The notes under the pieces: model-generated
What the model saw: the letters and a program-made list of their open reading frames with translations, nothing else
Told to the model about the DNA's origin: nothing
The model's database searches: none
Translations under genes and position numbers: made by a program
Source of the DNA: a virus
Lineage: Duplodnaviria > Caudoviricetes
Length of the DNA: 52,196 nt
Virus record (IMG/VR): IMGVR_UViG_3300034375_003040
Coordinates: 1-52,196 of that record
Strand: one strand, 5' to 3'
Shown here: positions 1-10,212 of the stretch, piece by piece
Position numbering within the stretch: position 1 is the stretch's first letter
Layout: each line of letters opens with the position of its first letter

Positions 1-2
1 AT

Positions 3-1832
3 CTTACGGGAACTCACTACATGTACCTCCAGTGGTCGAAAATAGACGTTGGTGCTCCAGACTTTCGTGAAGCTAATAGGTTGTTTTTTATATTTTGGGA
101 AGCTTGCAAAGCTGATAAAAGATGTTATGGTATGTGTTATCTTAAAAATAGGCGTTCTGGTTTTTCTTTTATGAGCTCTGCTGAAACCGTTAACTTAGCT
201 ACAATATCGAGTGATAGTAGATATGGAATACTATCCAAAAGTGGAGCTGATGCAAAAAAGATGTTTACCGACAAGGTTGTACCTATATCAATAAACTATC
301 CTTTTTTCTTCAAACCTATACAAGATGGTATGGATAGACCAAAGTCTGAATTAGCATATCGTGTACCAGCGAGTAAGTTTACTCGTAAAAAAATAGAGGT
401 TAACGAACAGCTAGAAGATATAAAAGGTCTAGACACCACGATTGACTGGAAAAACACTGGAGACAACAGTTATGATGGTGAGAAACTTTCTTTACTTGTA
501 CACGATGAAAGTGGTAAGTGGGAAAGGCCTGACAATATACTTAACAACTGGCGAGTTACAAAGACTTGTCTTAGACTAGGTTCTAGAATAGTTGGCAAGT
601 GTATGATGGGTTCAACAAGTAATGCCTTGGATAAAGGTGGTGATAATTTTAAAAAGTTATATCAAGATAGTGATGTAACGCAAAGAAATAGAAATGGTCA
701 AACACGTTCTGGTTTATACTCTCTGTTTATCCCAATGGAATGGAACTATGAAGGATTCATTGATGAATATGGAAGCCCTGTCTTTAATACTCCCGGACAA
801 GACGTTTATGGACCCGACGGTGAATTAATAGACATAGGTATTATTGAGCACTGGGACAATGAGGCTGATGGATTAAAAGGAGATCAAGATGGTTTAAATG
901 AATTTTACCGTCAGTTTCCTAGAACAGAAGAACACGCTTTCAGAGATGAGGCAAAAAACAGTATATTTAACTTAGTTAAGATATACGAACAAATAGATTA
1001 TAATGAAGGCATTAGAAATAGCTCTGTAGTTAATACAGGTAATTTCCAATGGGTGAACGGAGTAAAAGATACAAAGGTTGTTTTTTATCCAGATCCAAAA
1101 GGTAGGTTTAACATTAGTTGGGTACCGCCTACAAACCTTCAGAATAGAGTTATAATAAAGAACGGAGTTAAATACCCGGGTAACGAACACGTTGGTGCGT
1201 TTGGGTGTGATAGCTACGATATTAGTGGAACAGTAGACGGTAAAGGATCTAAAGGTGCTTTGCATGGTTTAACAAAGTTTTCTATGGAAGACGCTCCACC
1301 AAATCACATGTTCTTAGAATATATTGCAAGACCACAAACCGCTGAAATATTTTTTGAAGATGTACTAATGGCATTAGTATTTTATGGTATGCCACTACTC
1401 GCGGAAAATAACAAACCTAGATTACTTTACTATTTAAAACGTAGAGGATATAGAGGTTTCAGTATGAATAGACCAGATAAAATATGGAACAAGCTATCTG
1501 TAGCAGAAAAAGAAGTTGGTGGTATACCAAACTCTAGTGAGGATATAAAACAAGCTCACGCTGCAGCAATAGAAATGTACATACAAGACCATGTCGGACA
1601 TTTAGGTGATGGTAACTATGGCAACATATACTTTAACCAAACACTAAATGAGTGGAGTAGGTTTGATATAAACAAACGTACAAAGTTTGATGCCGCGATA
1701 AGTTCTGGTTTAGCTATAATGGCTTGTAATAGACACTTGTATAGACCACACGGAGAAATTAAAAAACCAAAGTTAAACCTTAACATATCCAGATATAGTA
1801 ACACTGGTAACACATCAAAAATAATAAAATAA
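3..1832 (+). CDS. terL: Terminase large subunit (5'-truncated; frame is open to the window edge upstream of ATG 21)
   Basis: Walker A-like LKNRRSGFS, Walker B LLVHDESGKW, coupling motif GSTS, RNase H-like nuclease region (FGCDSYD...KFDAAISSG); lies directly upstream of the portal. Confidence 0.92.
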   Translation, partial: LTGTHYMYLQWSKIDVGAPDFREANRLFFIFWEACKADKRCYGMCYLKNRRSGFSFMSSAETVNLATISSDSRYGILSKSGADAKKMFTDKVVPISINYPFFFKPIQDGMDRPKSELAYRVPASKFTRKKIEVNEQLEDIKGLDTTIDWKNTGDNSYDGEKLSLLVHDESGKWERPDNILNNWRVTKTCLRLGSRIVGKCMMGSTSNALDKGGDNFKKLYQDSDVTQRNRNGQTRSGLYSLFIPMEWNYEGFIDEYGSPVFNTPGQDVYGPDGELIDIGIIEHWDNEADGLKGDQDGLNEFYRQFPRTEEHAFRDEAKNSIFNLVKIYEQIDYNEGIRNSSVVNTGNFQWVNGVKDTKVVFYPDPKGRFNISWVPPTNLQNRVIIKNGVKYPGNEHVGAFGCDSYDISGTVDGKGSKGALHGLTKFSMEDAPPNHMFLEYIARPQTAEIFFEDVLMALVFYGMPLLAENNKPRLLYYLKRRGYRGFSMNRPDKIWNKLSVAEKEVGGIPNSSEDIKQAHAAAIEMYIQDHVGHLGDGNYGNIYFNQTLNEWSRFDINKRTKFDAAISSGLAIMACNRHLYRPHGEIKKPKLNLNISRYSNTGNTSKIIK

Positions 1833-1836
1833 AAAT

Positions 1837-4254
1837 ATGGCAGAGTCTGTTGTAAGTAATTATTTTCCAAGTCAAGTCGTTAGCGATGCAGAAAAAATAA
1901 GCTATGACTATGGTTTAAAGGTAGCTAAAGCTATCGAGTCAGAATGGTTTAACGATAACAATGGTAGTCACAGATATGAAGACTATCAAAATGATTTTCA
2001 CAAGCTAAGGCTATACGCTAGAGGCGAACAATCAATAAAAAAATATAAAGACGAGCTTTCTATAAACGGTGATTTATCGTATTTAAACTTAGACTGGACG
2101 CCAGTGCCAATCATACCAAAGTTTGTAGATATTGTGGTTAACGGTATAGCAGAACGCGTATATGATATTAAAGCGTATTCGCAAGACCCTAACGGCGTTG
2201 CTAAAAGAACAGAGTATATGGAAAGTATACTTGGCGACATGGCGGCTAGAGAAATGAATGACTTTGCCGCTGAAGAGTTTGGCATGAACTTGTACGAAAA
2301 CGACCCTGAAACCTTACCGCAAACACAAGAAGAACTAGAGCTTCACATGCAGCTAACATATAAGCAGGCTGTAGAGATAGCTGAAGAGCAAGCTATAAAA
2401 GTTTTGATGGAGGGTAGCAACTACGATTTGATTAAGAAGCAGTTTTTCTACGACCTCACTGTGTTAGGTATTGGCGCGGTAAAAACTAGCTTTAATACTT
2501 CTGAGGGTGTAGTTGTAGACTATGTTGACCCTGCTGACTTAGTTTACTCTTACACAGAGTCGCCATACTTTGACGATATATACTACGTGGGTGAAGTTAA
2601 AGAAATACCTATAAACGAATTAGTTAAGCAGTTTCCTCACTTAGAGCAATCTGACTTAGAAGAAATACAACAAGCTGGAGTAAACACTTCTTCAAATAGA
2701 AATAAAAGTAGAGGCTACAGCCGAGAAGACAATAACAAAGTTCAAGTTTTGTATTTTAACTACAAGACCTACATGAACGAAGTTTATAAAATAAAAGAAA
2801 CAGGTAGCGGCGCTGATAAAGCTATAGAAAAAGACGATAACTTTAATCCGCCTGAAGACGTTGAAAACTTTTCTAAACTACAGAGATCAATAGAGTGCTT
2901 ATACGAAGGCGCTATGGTTTTAGGTACAGACAAACTTCTTAAGTGGGAAATGTCTAAGAACATGATGAGACCTAAGAGCGATTTTACTAAAGTTAAAATG
3001 AACTATAGTATTGTAGCTCCTAGAATGTACAAAGGTAGAATAGAATCTTTAGTTAAGCGTATTACAGGTTTTGCTGATATGATACAGCTTACACACTTGA
3101 AGCTACAGCAAGTAATGTCTAAGATGGTTCCAGACGGTGTTTATCTTGACGCAGATGGTTTAGCTGAAATAGACTTAGGCAATGGAACTAACTATAGCCC
3201 ACAAGAAGCTTTAAACATGTTCTTCCAAACGGGTAGTGTTATTGGACGAAGCTTTACTTCTGAGGGTGATATGAATCCAGGTAAAGTACCTATTCAAGAA
3301 ATTACATCTGGATCTGGTGGTAACAAGATACAAGCGCTAATAGGTAATTACAACTATTACTTGCAAATGATACGTGATACAACCGGGCTTAACGAAGCTA
3401 GAGACGGTAGTACTCCTGACGAAAGAGCTTTAGTTGGTGTTCAAAAAATGGCCGCGGCTAATTCAAACACCGCTACTAGACATATATTAAACTCTGGTTT
3501 GTATTTAACAACTGAGGTTGCAGAGCAACTATCACTTAGAATATCTGACATCATAGAGTACTCGCCGACAAAAGATGCGTTTATACAAAGTATTGGTGTG
3601 CACAATGTAGCTACGCTAGAAGAAATGTCTAACTTACATCTGTATGACTTTGGCATATTCTTAGATTTAGCACCAGACGAAGAAGAGCAAGCTAAGTTAG
3701 AAAACAATATACAGCAAGCCTTAGCTCAACAAACTATAGACTTAGAGGACGTTATTGATTTAAGAGAGATAAAGAACATTAAGCTTGCTAATCAACTTCT
3801 TAAGATACGTAGGAAGAAGAAAATGCAAAGAGATCAGCAAATACAACAACAAAATATTCAAGCTCAGTCTCAAGCCAACATACAGCAACAACAAGCTTCT
3901 GCTCAAATGGAAGTACAAAAGCAACAAGCGCTTAAGCAGGCTGAAGCTCAGCTAGCACAAATGCAGGCGCAGCTTGACGCTCAGAAACTGCAAGCAGAGT
4001 CTGTCATTAAAGAAAGACTTATGGCGCAAGAGTTTCAGTATAACATGCAGTTAAGAGCTATGGATAATCAGACGCTGATGAATAGAGAAAAAGAAAAAGA
4101 AGATCGTAAAGATAATAGAACTAAAATCCAAGCTACGCAACAATCAGAGCTTATAGATCAAAGAAAATCAGGTAAACCACCTAAAAACTTTGAGTCATCA
4201 GGTAATGATACTATTGGAAGTGGATTTAATCTAGGTGCATACGAACCTAAATAA
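1837..4254 (+). CDS. Portal protein
   Basis: 805 aa after terL; LDWTPVPIIPKFVDIVVNG motif recalled from Bacteroidota podophage portals; Q-rich C-terminal coiled coil. Confidence 0.85.
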   Translation: MAESVVSNYFPSQVVSDAEKISYDYGLKVAKAIESEWFNDNNGSHRYEDYQNDFHKLRLYARGEQSIKKYKDELSINGDLSYLNLDWTPVPIIPKFVDIVVNGIAERVYDIKAYSQDPNGVAKRTEYMESILGDMAAREMNDFAAEEFGMNLYENDPETLPQTQEELELHMQLTYKQAVEIAEEQAIKVLMEGSNYDLIKKQFFYDLTVLGIGAVKTSFNTSEGVVVDYVDPADLVYSYTESPYFDDIYYVGEVKEIPINELVKQFPHLEQSDLEEIQQAGVNTSSNRNKSRGYSREDNNKVQVLYFNYKTYMNEVYKIKETGSGADKAIEKDDNFNPPEDVENFSKLQRSIECLYEGAMVLGTDKLLKWEMSKNMMRPKSDFTKVKMNYSIVAPRMYKGRIESLVKRITGFADMIQLTHLKLQQVMSKMVPDGVYLDADGLAEIDLGNGTNYSPQEALNMFFQTGSVIGRSFTSEGDMNPGKVPIQEITSGSGGNKIQALIGNYNYYLQMIRDTTGLNEARDGSTPDERALVGVQKMAAANSNTATRHILNSGLYLTTEVAEQLSLRISDIIEYSPTKDAFIQSIGVHNVATLEEMSNLHLYDFGIFLDLAPDEEEQAKLENNIQQALAQQTIDLEDVIDLREIKNIKLANQLLKIRRKKKMQRDQQIQQQNIQAQSQANIQQQQASAQMEVQKQQALKQAEAQLAQMQAQLDAQKLQAESVIKERLMAQEFQYNMQLRAMDNQTLMNREKEKEDRKDNRTKIQATQQSELIDQRKSGKPPKNFESSGNDTIGSGFNLGAYEPK

Positions 4255-4277
4255 ATTACTAATTTATATTTTATATT

Positions 4278-5471
4278 ATGGAAGAAAACGAAAACGTAGT
4301 TGAAGAAACTACACAAGAACAACCCGTAGAAAAGGTTGAAGAGAGTAAATTTAATTCTGCTGACGACGATAGCGTTTTTAAAGTAGATTTAAGTAAACCA
4401 ATTGAAGATGAAAAACCAGAAGAAACAACAGAAGTTGCAGATGGCCCAACTGACGACACAGGAGTGGTTGGAAGCGATGAAAGTGCCGACGCCACACCGG
4501 AACAAGAAGAAGTACAGCCGGAAGCCGAAGCACAAGATGCAGTACTAGAAGAAATTACTGATGAAGAGCCGAACGAGGCTTTGAAAGAGTTGGTTGATGA
4601 AGTAGAGGAGGCTGTAGAAGAAGCCGCGGTTACTGGTCAGCCACTACCAGAAAACATTCAAAAGTTAGTTGACTTTATGAATGATACTGGCGGTACATTA
4701 GAAGACTATGTTAACTTAAACAGAGATTACTCTGGTTTAGACAACTTAACTCTTCTAAGAGAATATTATAAGCAAACTAAACCTCATCTAGACGCGGAAG
4801 AAATAGACTTCATGATGGAGGATCAATTTTCTTTTGACGAAGAAATGGACGAGGATATAGATATAAAAAGAAAGAAATTAGCTTTGAAGGAGCAAGTTGC
4901 TCAAGCAAAGAACCACTTGGAGAGTGTAAAATCCAACTACTATGATGAAATTAAAAATGGCTCAAAGTTAACAAAAGAACAACAGAAAGCTATTGATTTT
5001 TTCAACAGGTATAACAAGGAGTCGGAAGAGTCCAAAAAAGTAGCTGAAAAGCGACTCAGTACTTTTAAACAGAAAACTGATAATCTTTTCAACGACAAGT
5101 TCAAAGGTTTTGAATACAACGTCGGTGATAAAAAGTATAGGTTTAATGTTAAGAATAAAGAGTCGGTTAAAGAAACGCAGAGTGATATTAACAACTTCAT
5201 CAAAAAGTTTTTGAACGAAGACAATACAATCTCTGATGCTAAAGGTTATCATAAATCTTTATATACAGCTATGAACCCAGATGCTATAGCACAGCATTTT
5301 TACGAGCAAGGCAAAGCTGACGCTCTAAAAGATAGTGTTGCTAAATCTAAAAACGTTAGTATGAATCCTCGCCAAGAACACGGTAGAGAGATTGAGGCTG
5401 GCGGAGTAAAGGTTAGAGTAGTGGGTGAAAATTCTTCTGATTTTAAGTTTAAAATTAATAAACGAAAATAA
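4278..5471 (+). CDS. Putative capsid scaffolding/assembly protein
   Basis: Very acidic low-complexity N-terminal third, helical C-terminus; sits between portal and capsid genes. Confidence 0.6.
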   Translation: MEENENVVEETTQEQPVEKVEESKFNSADDDSVFKVDLSKPIEDEKPEETTEVADGPTDDTGVVGSDESADATPEQEEVQPEAEAQDAVLEEITDEEPNEALKELVDEVEEAVEEAAVTGQPLPENIQKLVDFMNDTGGTLEDYVNLNRDYSGLDNLTLLREYYKQTKPHLDAEEIDFMMEDQFSFDEEMDEDIDIKRKKLALKEQVAQAKNHLESVKSNYYDEIKNGSKLTKEQQKAIDFFNRYNKESEESKKVAEKRLSTFKQKTDNLFNDKFKGFEYNVGDKKYRFNVKNKESVKETQSDINNFIKKFLNEDNTISDAKGYHKSLYTAMNPDAIAQHFYEQGKADALKDSVAKSKNVSMNPRQEHGREIEAGGVKVRVVGENSSDFKFKINKRK

Positions 5472-5500
5472 ATTATTAACCCATTTAAAATAAATTAAAA

Positions 5501-6934
5501 ATGGCAATTAACAGTTACACTCCGGCTGGTAAAGACTTTACTCAAAAGGTTATCGGATCGGAAAATTATTTAGACCTACAAAACAGTGGGTGGGCACAGC
5601 AATATCTTCCAGACTTAATCGCTGAAGAAGCTGAGGTTTTTGGTAAAAGAACTATCTCAGGATTCTTAGGTCAAGTAAGTGCTGAAGAAGCTATGTCTGC
5701 TGATCAAGTTGTATGGTCAGAGCAAGGTAGGTTACACTTATCTTATGAATGTACTATTACGTCTGCCGAGGCTTCTACAATGAAGGTGGCTAAAACTCAA
5801 GACGGTGTAAATCAAACTTCAGATCACGGTATTAGAGTTGGTGACATGGTATTAATCGCTGGTGGTGGTCAAACTATTACAGCTCGCGTAAGTGATGCTG
5901 ATGCTGGCACTGACGCTTTTACAGTTACTCCTTATGGATATGAGCATTTAGATGATGCTGGCTTCGCAGATACTGATGATACTTGTAAAGTTTTAGTATT
6001 CGGTTCTGAGTTCGCTAAAGGAACTAACAACCAAACAAGAGCTAACGAGCCTGTTTTCCAAACTTACACTAACAAGCCAATCATCATCAAAGACATGTAC
6101 GAAGTATCTGGATCTGATGCTGCTCAAATCGGTTGGGTTGAAGTTTCTGGTGAAGACGGACAAAACGGTTATTACTGGTACTTAAAAGCTGCTGGTGATA
6201 CTAAAGCTCGTTTCAACGACTACCTAGAAATGGTATGTATTGAAGCTGAAAAAGCGGCTGAAGAATCAATCGTATTAGGCGCTGCTAACGACGCTCTTGG
6301 ACTTCACGGTACTGAAGGTCTTTTCAAAGCGATTACTTCAAGAGGCCACCAATCATCTGGTGTTACTGGTGTTAACGCTGCTACTGATTTAGCTGAGTTT
6401 GACGCTATGCTAGCTGCCTTTGATGAAAACGGCGCTATTGAAGAAAACATGATGTTTGTAAACAGAGCTACGTCTCTTGCTATCGACGATATGTTAGCTT
6501 CAATGAACTCTTACGGTGCTGGTGGTACTTCTTACGGAGTATTCGACAACTCTGAAGATATGGCATTAAACTTAGGTTTCTCTGGTTTCCGTAGAGGTTC
6601 TTACGACTTCTATAAGTCTGACTGGAAATACTTAAACGATAAGCAAACTAGAGGCGGTATCAATGCTGCTGCAACTGGTGGTGAAGCTATTCGTGGTGTT
6701 GTTATCCCAGCTGGTGTATCTAATGTGTACGACCAAGGTTTAGGTAAAAACCTTAAGCGTCCATTCTTACACGTACGTTACCGCGCTTCTAACATGGAAA
6801 GCAGAAAGAACAAATCTTGGGTTACAGGATCTGTTGGAGCTGTTACTTCTGACTTAGACGCAATGACAATGAACTTCTTATCTGAAAGATGTATGATTGT
6901 TCAAGGTGCAAACAACTTCTGCTTGTTTAACTAA
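5501..6934 (+). CDS. Major capsid protein
   Basis: 477 aa; WAQQYLPDL and LGFSGFRRGSYDFYKSDW motifs recalled from this phage group; codon bias typical of highly expressed genes (GCT/GGT/AAC/TTC); followed by a terminator. Confidence 0.85.
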   Translation: MAINSYTPAGKDFTQKVIGSENYLDLQNSGWAQQYLPDLIAEEAEVFGKRTISGFLGQVSAEEAMSADQVVWSEQGRLHLSYECTITSAEASTMKVAKTQDGVNQTSDHGIRVGDMVLIAGGGQTITARVSDADAGTDAFTVTPYGYEHLDDAGFADTDDTCKVLVFGSEFAKGTNNQTRANEPVFQTYTNKPIIIKDMYEVSGSDAAQIGWVEVSGEDGQNGYYWYLKAAGDTKARFNDYLEMVCIEAEKAAEESIVLGAANDALGLHGTEGLFKAITSRGHQSSGVTGVNAATDLAEFDAMLAAFDENGAIEENMMFVNRATSLAIDDMLASMNSYGAGGTSYGVFDNSEDMALNLGFSGFRRGSYDFYKSDWKYLNDKQTRGGINAAATGGEAIRGVVIPAGVSNVYDQGLGKNLKRPFLHVRYRASNMESRKNKSWVTGSVGAVTSDLDAMTMNFLSERCMIVQGANNFCLFN

Positions 6935-6948
6935 GCGTTTGTATTAAT

Positions 6949-6984
6949 AGAGGGGAGGATAATCTCCTCCTCTCTTTTTTTTTT
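6949..6984 (+). terminator. Rho-independent terminator after the major capsid gene
   Basis: Stem AGAGGGGAGG-ATAA-TCTCC(T)CCTCT followed by a run of 10 T. Confidence 0.85.
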
Positions 6985-7004
6985 AATTATTATTATATTA
7001 TATC

Positions 7005-7847
7005 ATGGCAAAAAAACAAACAAAAAAAGCTGAGGTAGAACAGCCAGAAATAAAAGCTACAAATGAAATGAAACCAGTTACTGTCGAGGTGAAAGAAAAA
7101 CCTTTACCAACGCCAGTAAAAGATACTTGGGAAATAAAAGATAGATTTTACATGCTTAAAAGCAACGACAAGCCATTAAGCAAGTTGATAAAAGGTAGTA
7201 ATATTTATTATTTCGACGAAGAAAAAGGTTATGAAAGAGAGTTAAAATATTGTTCAAACCAACGAACTGTATTTGTTGATGAAATGCAAGGTGACCAGAG
7301 GTTAGAGCATATTATATTTAGAAACGGCGTTTTAAACGTTCCTAAAAACAAAACTGTACTTCAAAAACTTTTGTCTTTATATCACCCACAAAGAGACAAG
7401 ATTTTTTACGAGCATAAGCCCGCTGCTATCGCTAGCAATCAGGTTGAGATGATACAAGTAGAAATCGAAGCATTAAACGCGGCTCAAAGCTTAGATATTG
7501 ATATGGCTGAAGCTGTAATGCGTGTAGAGCTTGGCTCTAAGGTGTCTAAGATGAGTTCTAAGGAGCTTAAAAGAGATTTACTATTATATGCTAAAAGAAA
7601 TCCTTCTTTATTCCTAGAACTAGTAAACGATGACAACGTTCAGCTTAGAAACTTTGGTATCAAAGCGAATGAGCTTGGAATCATTAAATTATCATCAGAT
7701 CAAAGAACTTTTAGTTGGGGATCTAACGATAGAAAACTAATGACAGTTCCGTTTGATGAGCACCCATATTCTGCTTTAGCCGCATGGTTTAAAACAGATG
7801 AAGGTATGGAGATATACTCCAACATAGAAAAGCGATTAAACGCGTAA
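7005..7847 (+). CDS. Conserved phage protein, probably virion-associated
   Basis: 280-aa ORF after the capsid gene with A-rich start context; no catalytic motif recognised. Confidence 0.6.
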   Translation: MAKKQTKKAEVEQPEIKATNEMKPVTVEVKEKPLPTPVKDTWEIKDRFYMLKSNDKPLSKLIKGSNIYYFDEEKGYERELKYCSNQRTVFVDEMQGDQRLEHIIFRNGVLNVPKNKTVLQKLLSLYHPQRDKIFYEHKPAAIASNQVEMIQVEIEALNAAQSLDIDMAEAVMRVELGSKVSKMSSKELKRDLLLYAKRNPSLFLELVNDDNVQLRNFGIKANELGIIKLSSDQRTFSWGSNDRKLMTVPFDEHPYSALAAWFKTDEGMEIYSNIEKRLNA

Positions 7848-7851
7848 TCAT
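7825..7851 (+). promoter_or_regulatory. Putative phage-sigma promoter TAGA-N15-GTAATCAT
   Basis: Same spacing and boxes as copies at 20518, 31260, 32447 and 51121(-); upstream of the tail operon. Confidence 0.5.
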
Positions 7852-7853
7852 CC

Positions 7854-7895
7854 TATAGTAGAGCAGCCACTCTTCGGGGTGGTTGCTTAACTATA
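7854..7895 (+). other. Stable RNA hairpin with C(UUCG)G tetraloop in the leader of the 7909 gene
   Basis: AGCAGCCACTC-TTCG-GGGTGGTTGCT, extended by TATAGT/ACTATA; no U-tract on the + strand. Confidence 0.65.
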
Positions 7896-7908
7896 AAAAT
7901 AAAACATA

Positions 7909-8634
7909 ATGGCGGAACAATTTGCAAACGTAGATACTGTCTACCAGACAGTGTTAGCATTAGCTAACAAAGAACAAAGAGGTTACATTACGCCTCAAGA
8001 GTTTAACTTATTCGCTAGACAAGCTCAGATGGAAATATTTGAGCAATACTTTTACGATCTTGATCAAATTAAAAGAGGTGTTCAAGCAACTAGCTCTAGT
8101 TTTTCGCCTAACTTAAAGCAAATTTTAGAAGACTATTTATCTAAGTTTATAACAACCGCTAATCTGACTATTCCATCAGCTACTTTACCTTCTGATCATT
8201 ACAAGTGCTCTTCAGCAATACTTATAGCTGATCAAAATAGGTACAATATAGAAAAAATTAATAGAGCTGATAGCTTAAAAATTACTAGTAGCGGTTATTT
8301 AACAAAGCCAAATGTAAAAAGGCCAAACTACTATGTGGCTGGCAACACGTTTTACTTAATGGCAAATATTGAAGAAAGTTACGCTGCGAATCATGTTGTT
8401 TCTTACTCTTATTTTAGAAAGCCTACTGATCCTAACTGGACATATTTAGTTGTTAATGAAAAAGCAATATGGGCGCCCAATAATTCTACTCGACATTTTG
8501 AGTTAGACAAGGCTGAAGAAAGAACCTTGATTTTAAAAATACTACAGTACGCAGGAGTATCTATAAAAGAGCTTACGTTAACTCAAGTGGCGGGTCAAGC
8601 CGATGCTAATACGACTGCTCAACAAAAACAATAA
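7909..8634 (+). CDS. Putative head-tail adaptor/tail ring protein
   Basis: 241 aa; NKEQRGYITPQEFN motif and position between capsid and tail genes. Confidence 0.55.
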   Translation: MAEQFANVDTVYQTVLALANKEQRGYITPQEFNLFARQAQMEIFEQYFYDLDQIKRGVQATSSSFSPNLKQILEDYLSKFITTANLTIPSATLPSDHYKCSSAILIADQNRYNIEKINRADSLKITSSGYLTKPNVKRPNYYVAGNTFYLMANIEESYAANHVVSYSYFRKPTDPNWTYLVVNEKAIWAPNNSTRHFELDKAEERTLILKILQYAGVSIKELTLTQVAGQADANTTAQQKQ

Positions 8635-8637
8635 AAA

Positions 8638-10209
8638 ATGGGATATTTATACGGTAAAACAGACTTAAGCTATTACGAAGGTTCAGAGCACGGTGACTAT
8701 CAGTTTTGTTCTTTAGATGATATTATAGAGCAATTTATGGTTGTTTATGTTGGTGATGAAAAACTAATAACTAATGTTAGTAGAACAGACGTGCAGTTTC
8801 ACGCGTATAGAGCTTTAGCTGAGCTTTCTTTTGACACTTTTAAATCTGTAAAAGCTCAACAGATAGAGGTGCCGCCAAGCTTAACCATGATATTGCCAAA
8901 AGACTATGTCAACTACACAAGGCTTAGTTGGGTTGATTCTTCTGGTGTTAAACATCCTCTATACCCTACAAAAGATACTTCAAATCCATTTGAAATAAAG
9001 CAAAACTCAGATGGCACTTATGAGTTTCCAACTCAAGCAGATCTTTTTCAAAACGCAAGTTTTACAGATGGCTTAGAAGGTTGGACAAAAAGCCCACAAG
9101 TAGTAAGACCTCCTTCTGTAGGCGGAGTTGTAACTAGTATTTCAGTAGACGCCTCCGCAGAAAATCCAGTTGTAAAGTTTCAAAACCACGCTACAATAGG
9201 AAGTTCTAATGGTAATTCTTCTTATGGCTATTGCACATATATATATCAAGAGATAGACGCTACAGATCTTGGCGCTATATCTTTTGGAGCTACAGCAACT
9301 ACCAATGCCTCTTCAAGTTTAACCATTACAGAGGCTGAAGCTGCTGCAGCTATTACAAACTACGGTACCGCTGGAACTTTCACTAAACCTGGTAGTACAG
9401 TTAGAGTTGGGCTTTCTACTCAGCCACCTTCCGACGAAATCTCTATGCAAAACTATGTTTGGCAAGGCGTACAGTACCACGCTCCCACTCCAAATGCTAA
9501 TCCAAACTATTTTGACTTAGGCTATATAGAGTGGACACAGGGTGAAAGCGGTCTTAAAAATTACGAAGGAGAGCTTATAGACTTGACAAATGCTACTGGC
9601 GCGATATATTTGGTTGCGTTAAGTATTATTGATCACACGGATATTGATGTTACGGCCTACAACAGTAGCCTGCTATTTGACACGGCTACTGTAGATGATA
9701 TAGCAATATCAAATCTTAATGTTAAGCCTTCTTTAACAGAAGTAGATTCTGGAGTTTCTTCAACTTTTAAAAATTATAAAGCAAACACACCTCACGAAAA
9801 TCAAACTGAGGATTACGAAGACGATACGTATTGGCCTCAGCAAGGTGAAAGATATGGCCTTGAACCAACAAGAGCTCAAATAAACGGATCTTACTATATA
9901 GACAACAGAATGGGCAAAATAAACTTTAGCTCTAACATTGCTGGAAAAACTGTGATATTAGATTATATAAGTGATAGCCTTGGCACCGACGGCGAAATGA
10001 AAGTACACAAGTTTGCTGAAGATGCAATATACAAATGGATAACCCACTCGGTGTTATCAAGCAGGATAAACATACCTGAGTATATAGTTCAGCGTGCTAA
10101 AAAAGAGAAGTTTGCTGCAACTAGACAAGCAAAGCTAAGACTATCAAACATTAAGTTAGAGGAGATTACTCAAATACTTAGAGGTAAGTCTAAGCAAATA
10201 AAACACTAG
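8638..10209 (+). CDS. Tail ring/adaptor-like structural protein with an inserted beta-sandwich domain
   Basis: Conserved-looking termini (LPKDYVNY; KLRLSNIKLEEITQILRGK) flank a Ser/Thr/Gly-rich central segment. Confidence 0.55.
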   Translation: MGYLYGKTDLSYYEGSEHGDYQFCSLDDIIEQFMVVYVGDEKLITNVSRTDVQFHAYRALAELSFDTFKSVKAQQIEVPPSLTMILPKDYVNYTRLSWVDSSGVKHPLYPTKDTSNPFEIKQNSDGTYEFPTQADLFQNASFTDGLEGWTKSPQVVRPPSVGGVVTSISVDASAENPVVKFQNHATIGSSNGNSSYGYCTYIYQEIDATDLGAISFGATATTNASSSLTITEAEAAAAITNYGTAGTFTKPGSTVRVGLSTQPPSDEISMQNYVWQGVQYHAPTPNANPNYFDLGYIEWTQGESGLKNYEGELIDLTNATGAIYLVALSIIDHTDIDVTAYNSSLLFDTATVDDIAISNLNVKPSLTEVDSGVSSTFKNYKANTPHENQTEDYEDDTYWPQQGERYGLEPTRAQINGSYYIDNRMGKINFSSNIAGKTVILDYISDSLGTDGEMKVHKFAEDAIYKWITHSVLSSRINIPEYIVQRAKKEKFAATRQAKLRLSNIKLEEITQILRGKSKQIKH

Positions 10210-10212
10210 TAG

